A stretch of DNA of 64,000 bases. It comes from Schmidtea nova. Its lineage: Eukaryota. Shown piece after piece: positions 61,337-64,000 of this stretch. Each line of letters opens with the position of its first letter. The stretch's first letter is position 1. The notes under the pieces are model-generated. The model ran no database searches. It saw only the letters and a program-made list of their open reading frames with translations, and had not been told where the DNA came from. The translations under genes and the position numbers were made by a program. The stretch spans positions 134,974,001 to 135,038,000 of the forward strand of contig CM097883.1 of assembly GCA_044892505.1 (NCBI GenBank). Direction: 5' to 3'.

Positions 61337-62461
61337 NNNNNNNNNNNNNNNNNNNNNNCAATACAATTTAATAAAAATTTATTCTTTTTAAATACAAATT
61401 TGAAAATCTACTTTACCAAAATAACTTGTTATTAAAACAAGTTATTTTATTTTTAATAAATACTATAATAAATATATAAATATTTATTATTGGAGGCACT
61501 ACAATGGCCCACGCCGAAGTGCGCGGAGCGTATGTAGAGCCATTGCAGTGGTGGAGTGCTTGGTAATTGAAGTGTTCATTGCTTTGAGTGATTGACTGGT
61601 TGGAGTTCTGAGTGCTTGGAGTTCGTGGCTCTTTAATGATTGGAGTGCGTGGTGCTTTGAGTGCTTGGAGTGCGTGGTGCTTTAATGAATTGTACTGCGT
61701 GGAGCTTTGAGTTATTGGTGCTTTGAATGCGTGGTGCTTGGAGTGTGTGATGCTTTGAGTGCTTGGTGCTTTAATGATTGGAGTGCGTGGTGCTTTGAGT
61801 GCTCGGTGCTTTGAGTTTTGAGTGCTTTGAGTGATTGGAGTGCGTGGAGCTTTGAGTGATTGGAGTGCTTGGTGCTTTGATGATTGGAGTGCGTGGTGCT
61901 TTGAGTGCTTGGTGCTTTGAGTTCTGAGTGCTTTGAGTGATTGGAGTGCGTGGAGATTTGAGTGATTAGAGTTCTTGGTACTTTGATGATTGGAGTGCGT
62001 GATGCTTTGAGTGATTATAGTGCTTGGTGCTTTGATGATTAGAGTGCGTGGTGCTTTGAGTGCTTGGTGCTTTGAGTTCTGAGTGCTTTGAGTGATTGCA
62101 GTGCGTGGAGTGCGTGGAGATTTGAGTGATTAGAGTTCTTGGTACTTTGATGATTGGAGTGCGTGATGCTTTGAGTGATTAGAGTGCTTGGTGCTTTGAT
62201 GATTGGAGTGCGTGGTGCTTTGAGTGCTTGGATTGCTTGGTACTTTGAGTGCGTGGTGCTTGGATTGCTTTGATTTGTCGCTTCTGACACCAATTGTAGC
62301 GATGTTGAAAGAACTACAATACAATTTAATAAAAATTTATTCTTTTTAAATACAAATTTGAAAATCTACTTTAACAAAATAACTTGTTATTAAAACAAGT
62401 TATTTTATTTTTAATAAATACTATAATAAATATATAAATATTTATTATTGGAGGCACTACA
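61337..62461 (-). mobile_element. TRIM-like non-autonomous LTR retroelement with satellite-like internal region
   Basis: 167-bp 5' LTR 62295-62461 (TGTAG...CTACA); PBS TGGTGTCAGAAG at 62292-62281; 3' LTR visible at 61359-61503 with 144/145 identity, the rest lying in the gap; no coding region. Confidence 0.8.
61555..62275. repeat. Hierarchical tandem array (TGAGTGCT/TGGTGCTT/GATTGGAGTGCG subunits, ~155-165 bp higher-order unit)
   Basis: Read directly; the higher-order block 61888-62040 recurs at 62042-62205. Confidence 0.9.
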
Positions 62462-62547
62462 ATTATTATTATTATTTTTATTTTTAAGGTACTCTTTATC
62501 CAAAATACTGTAATGAATCGAACCACAGTATTAACTGTCACAATACT

Positions 62548-63417
62548 ATGAGAAAATATTATAAATTGAAGCATTGTGGACAGAAATATTATGTTTGCCC
62601 AACATGTCAGACATTTGAATCTATATCCTATACTAAATTCTATGATCGTCATAGTGATCATTTAAATATTTTCAAAAATACCAAACAATTTGTTATGAGA
62701 AATATTGTTAAAAGGAAAGCATTGGTTTCACAAGACTCAAGACCTATTAAAATAAGGAAAGAAACCACCTCTGAAAATCTTTCAAAATACCATGAAGATA
62801 ACCTTATGTTTGGAGAAGGTGTAAGTGTTTCTCAAATTAATGATGAACCTGTGATAGAATATGATTTAAAAGGATCTCACCAATTTATCAAAATGAATAT
62901 TTCAAGATATAATGTCAGGGAAATAGAATTGCCAAATTCGTTGTTGGATAAATTAAAAATAGCCATATCTAAAATGAAACAATCAAAAATTCAATTTGGT
63001 ATTCAAGCAGAATTTGAAAAGGAAGGAGAAAATCAGATTGTATGCTTATCCAATCGTGCTGTCTATATTAATCCAACTTTTCTTGACGAAGGCATTAAAA
63101 AGTTAAATGAAAAAATTGAGTTATTGACTCATTTAGGAAGTGGATGGATATTAACTCGGATTTTAGAAGTTAATTTTAAAGTGGTAAAGGTCTCCAATAT
63201 CTCAAGATTATCGGGGCATAGTAAATTATTTACGCCTAAAGGATTAATTGGTAAAAAAGCTATTGTCAATGTTCAGAATTCAGATGATTTGTGTTTCATC
63301 TATAGTATTTTATCAATATTGAAATATGATGAAATCAAAGAACATAGAGATAGACCCACAAAATATTTACCATATATGTGTTGGGCCAAAACGCAATTTG
63401 TTTTAATAAAACGATAA
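62548..63417 (+). mobile_element. Polinton/adintovirus-type protein-primed DNA polymerase B, N-terminal region, truncated
   Basis: Uninterrupted 289-aa ORF with LGSGWILTRI, KGLIGKKAIVNVQNSDDLCFIYSILSIL and R..KY, characteristic of the N-terminus of Polinton-like pPolB. Similarity stops near 63378, where TGTTGGG, a possible LTR start, begins. Confidence 0.8.
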
Positions 63418-64000
63418 CCCCATAGGTAGAGAACGCGCAAGATTCCATTTTTAACCTTAGCTTCCATTAAAAATCCAACAATTAAGTGGAAAACACCAAA
63501 AGGTGAAGTGGAATCAAAACACATCAACCGGTAGAGTAAGCGCTAACTGCGAATTTATAAATATTTTCACTGAAATCTCGAAAAAAATTAAAAGCAGAAT
63601 GTTTGGAAGCTAGAATAGGCAAAAAACCCATGGAAAATGCCCATAAAGAACAGAATTTTGTCATAAACCTTCAAGTGCAGAAAAATTAACACAATTCTGG
63701 AGGAAAATTGTGAATTTATCACAAAATTTCACATTTAACAATAGAAAGAATTAATATGGATCGAATATCATAAATTGAATCAAATCGAACAAATTTCGAT
63801 TCAAACATAAAAATTTTGAATTAAAATAAATTATTTATAGTTTATAAAAAATTATTATACAAAAATATGGAATTAATTTTCGGAAAATCATTAGAATTAA
63901 TTTAGAAAAAATGAAGAGAAAATTCTAGAACAATTTGTTTTATTGCACTACCGGAGATAGAGAAAATTTGATGGTATATATACCGCCATCAAAATGGCAG

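Noticed and set aside
62039-62324. His/Ser/Thr-rich ORFs in the tandem array
   Set aside because: They are chance open frames in a low-complexity satellite.

Overview
This is AT-rich eukaryotic genomic DNA with six assembly gaps (N runs at 9963-10174, 10675-10837, 11265-11394, 30586-31009, 46570-46701, 61220-61358). The highly divergent host proteins and 45-75 nt introns suggest a fast-evolving animal such as a myxozoan-type parasite; this is inference. Three host genes are resolved exon by exon: the 3' part of a DOCK-C/D (zizimin-type) GEF (+, <1-13741), septin 7 (-, 38519-43865) and PRPF31 (+, 55651-57240). Several unidentified spliced exon clusters are also present. Most of the remainder is transposon material: mariner, hAT, piggyBac, Mutator/foldback, Penelope, Gypsy and many MITEs. 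The most notable items are: (1) a young ~1.1 kb TRIM-like non-autonomous LTR element whose body is a hierarchical satellite sharing a motif, LTR terminus and tRNA-Leu PBS with a Gypsy element 14 kb away; (2) that Gypsy element, with two inward-facing LTR+PBS ends around gag-pro and an intact -1 frameshift signal; (3) a ~1 kb Penelope-derived palindrome carrying candidate minimal hammerhead ribozymes inside a DOCK intron; (4) the N-terminus of a Polinton/adintovirus-type protein-primed PolB; and (5) a structured repeat with covarying stems and a hammerhead-like core.
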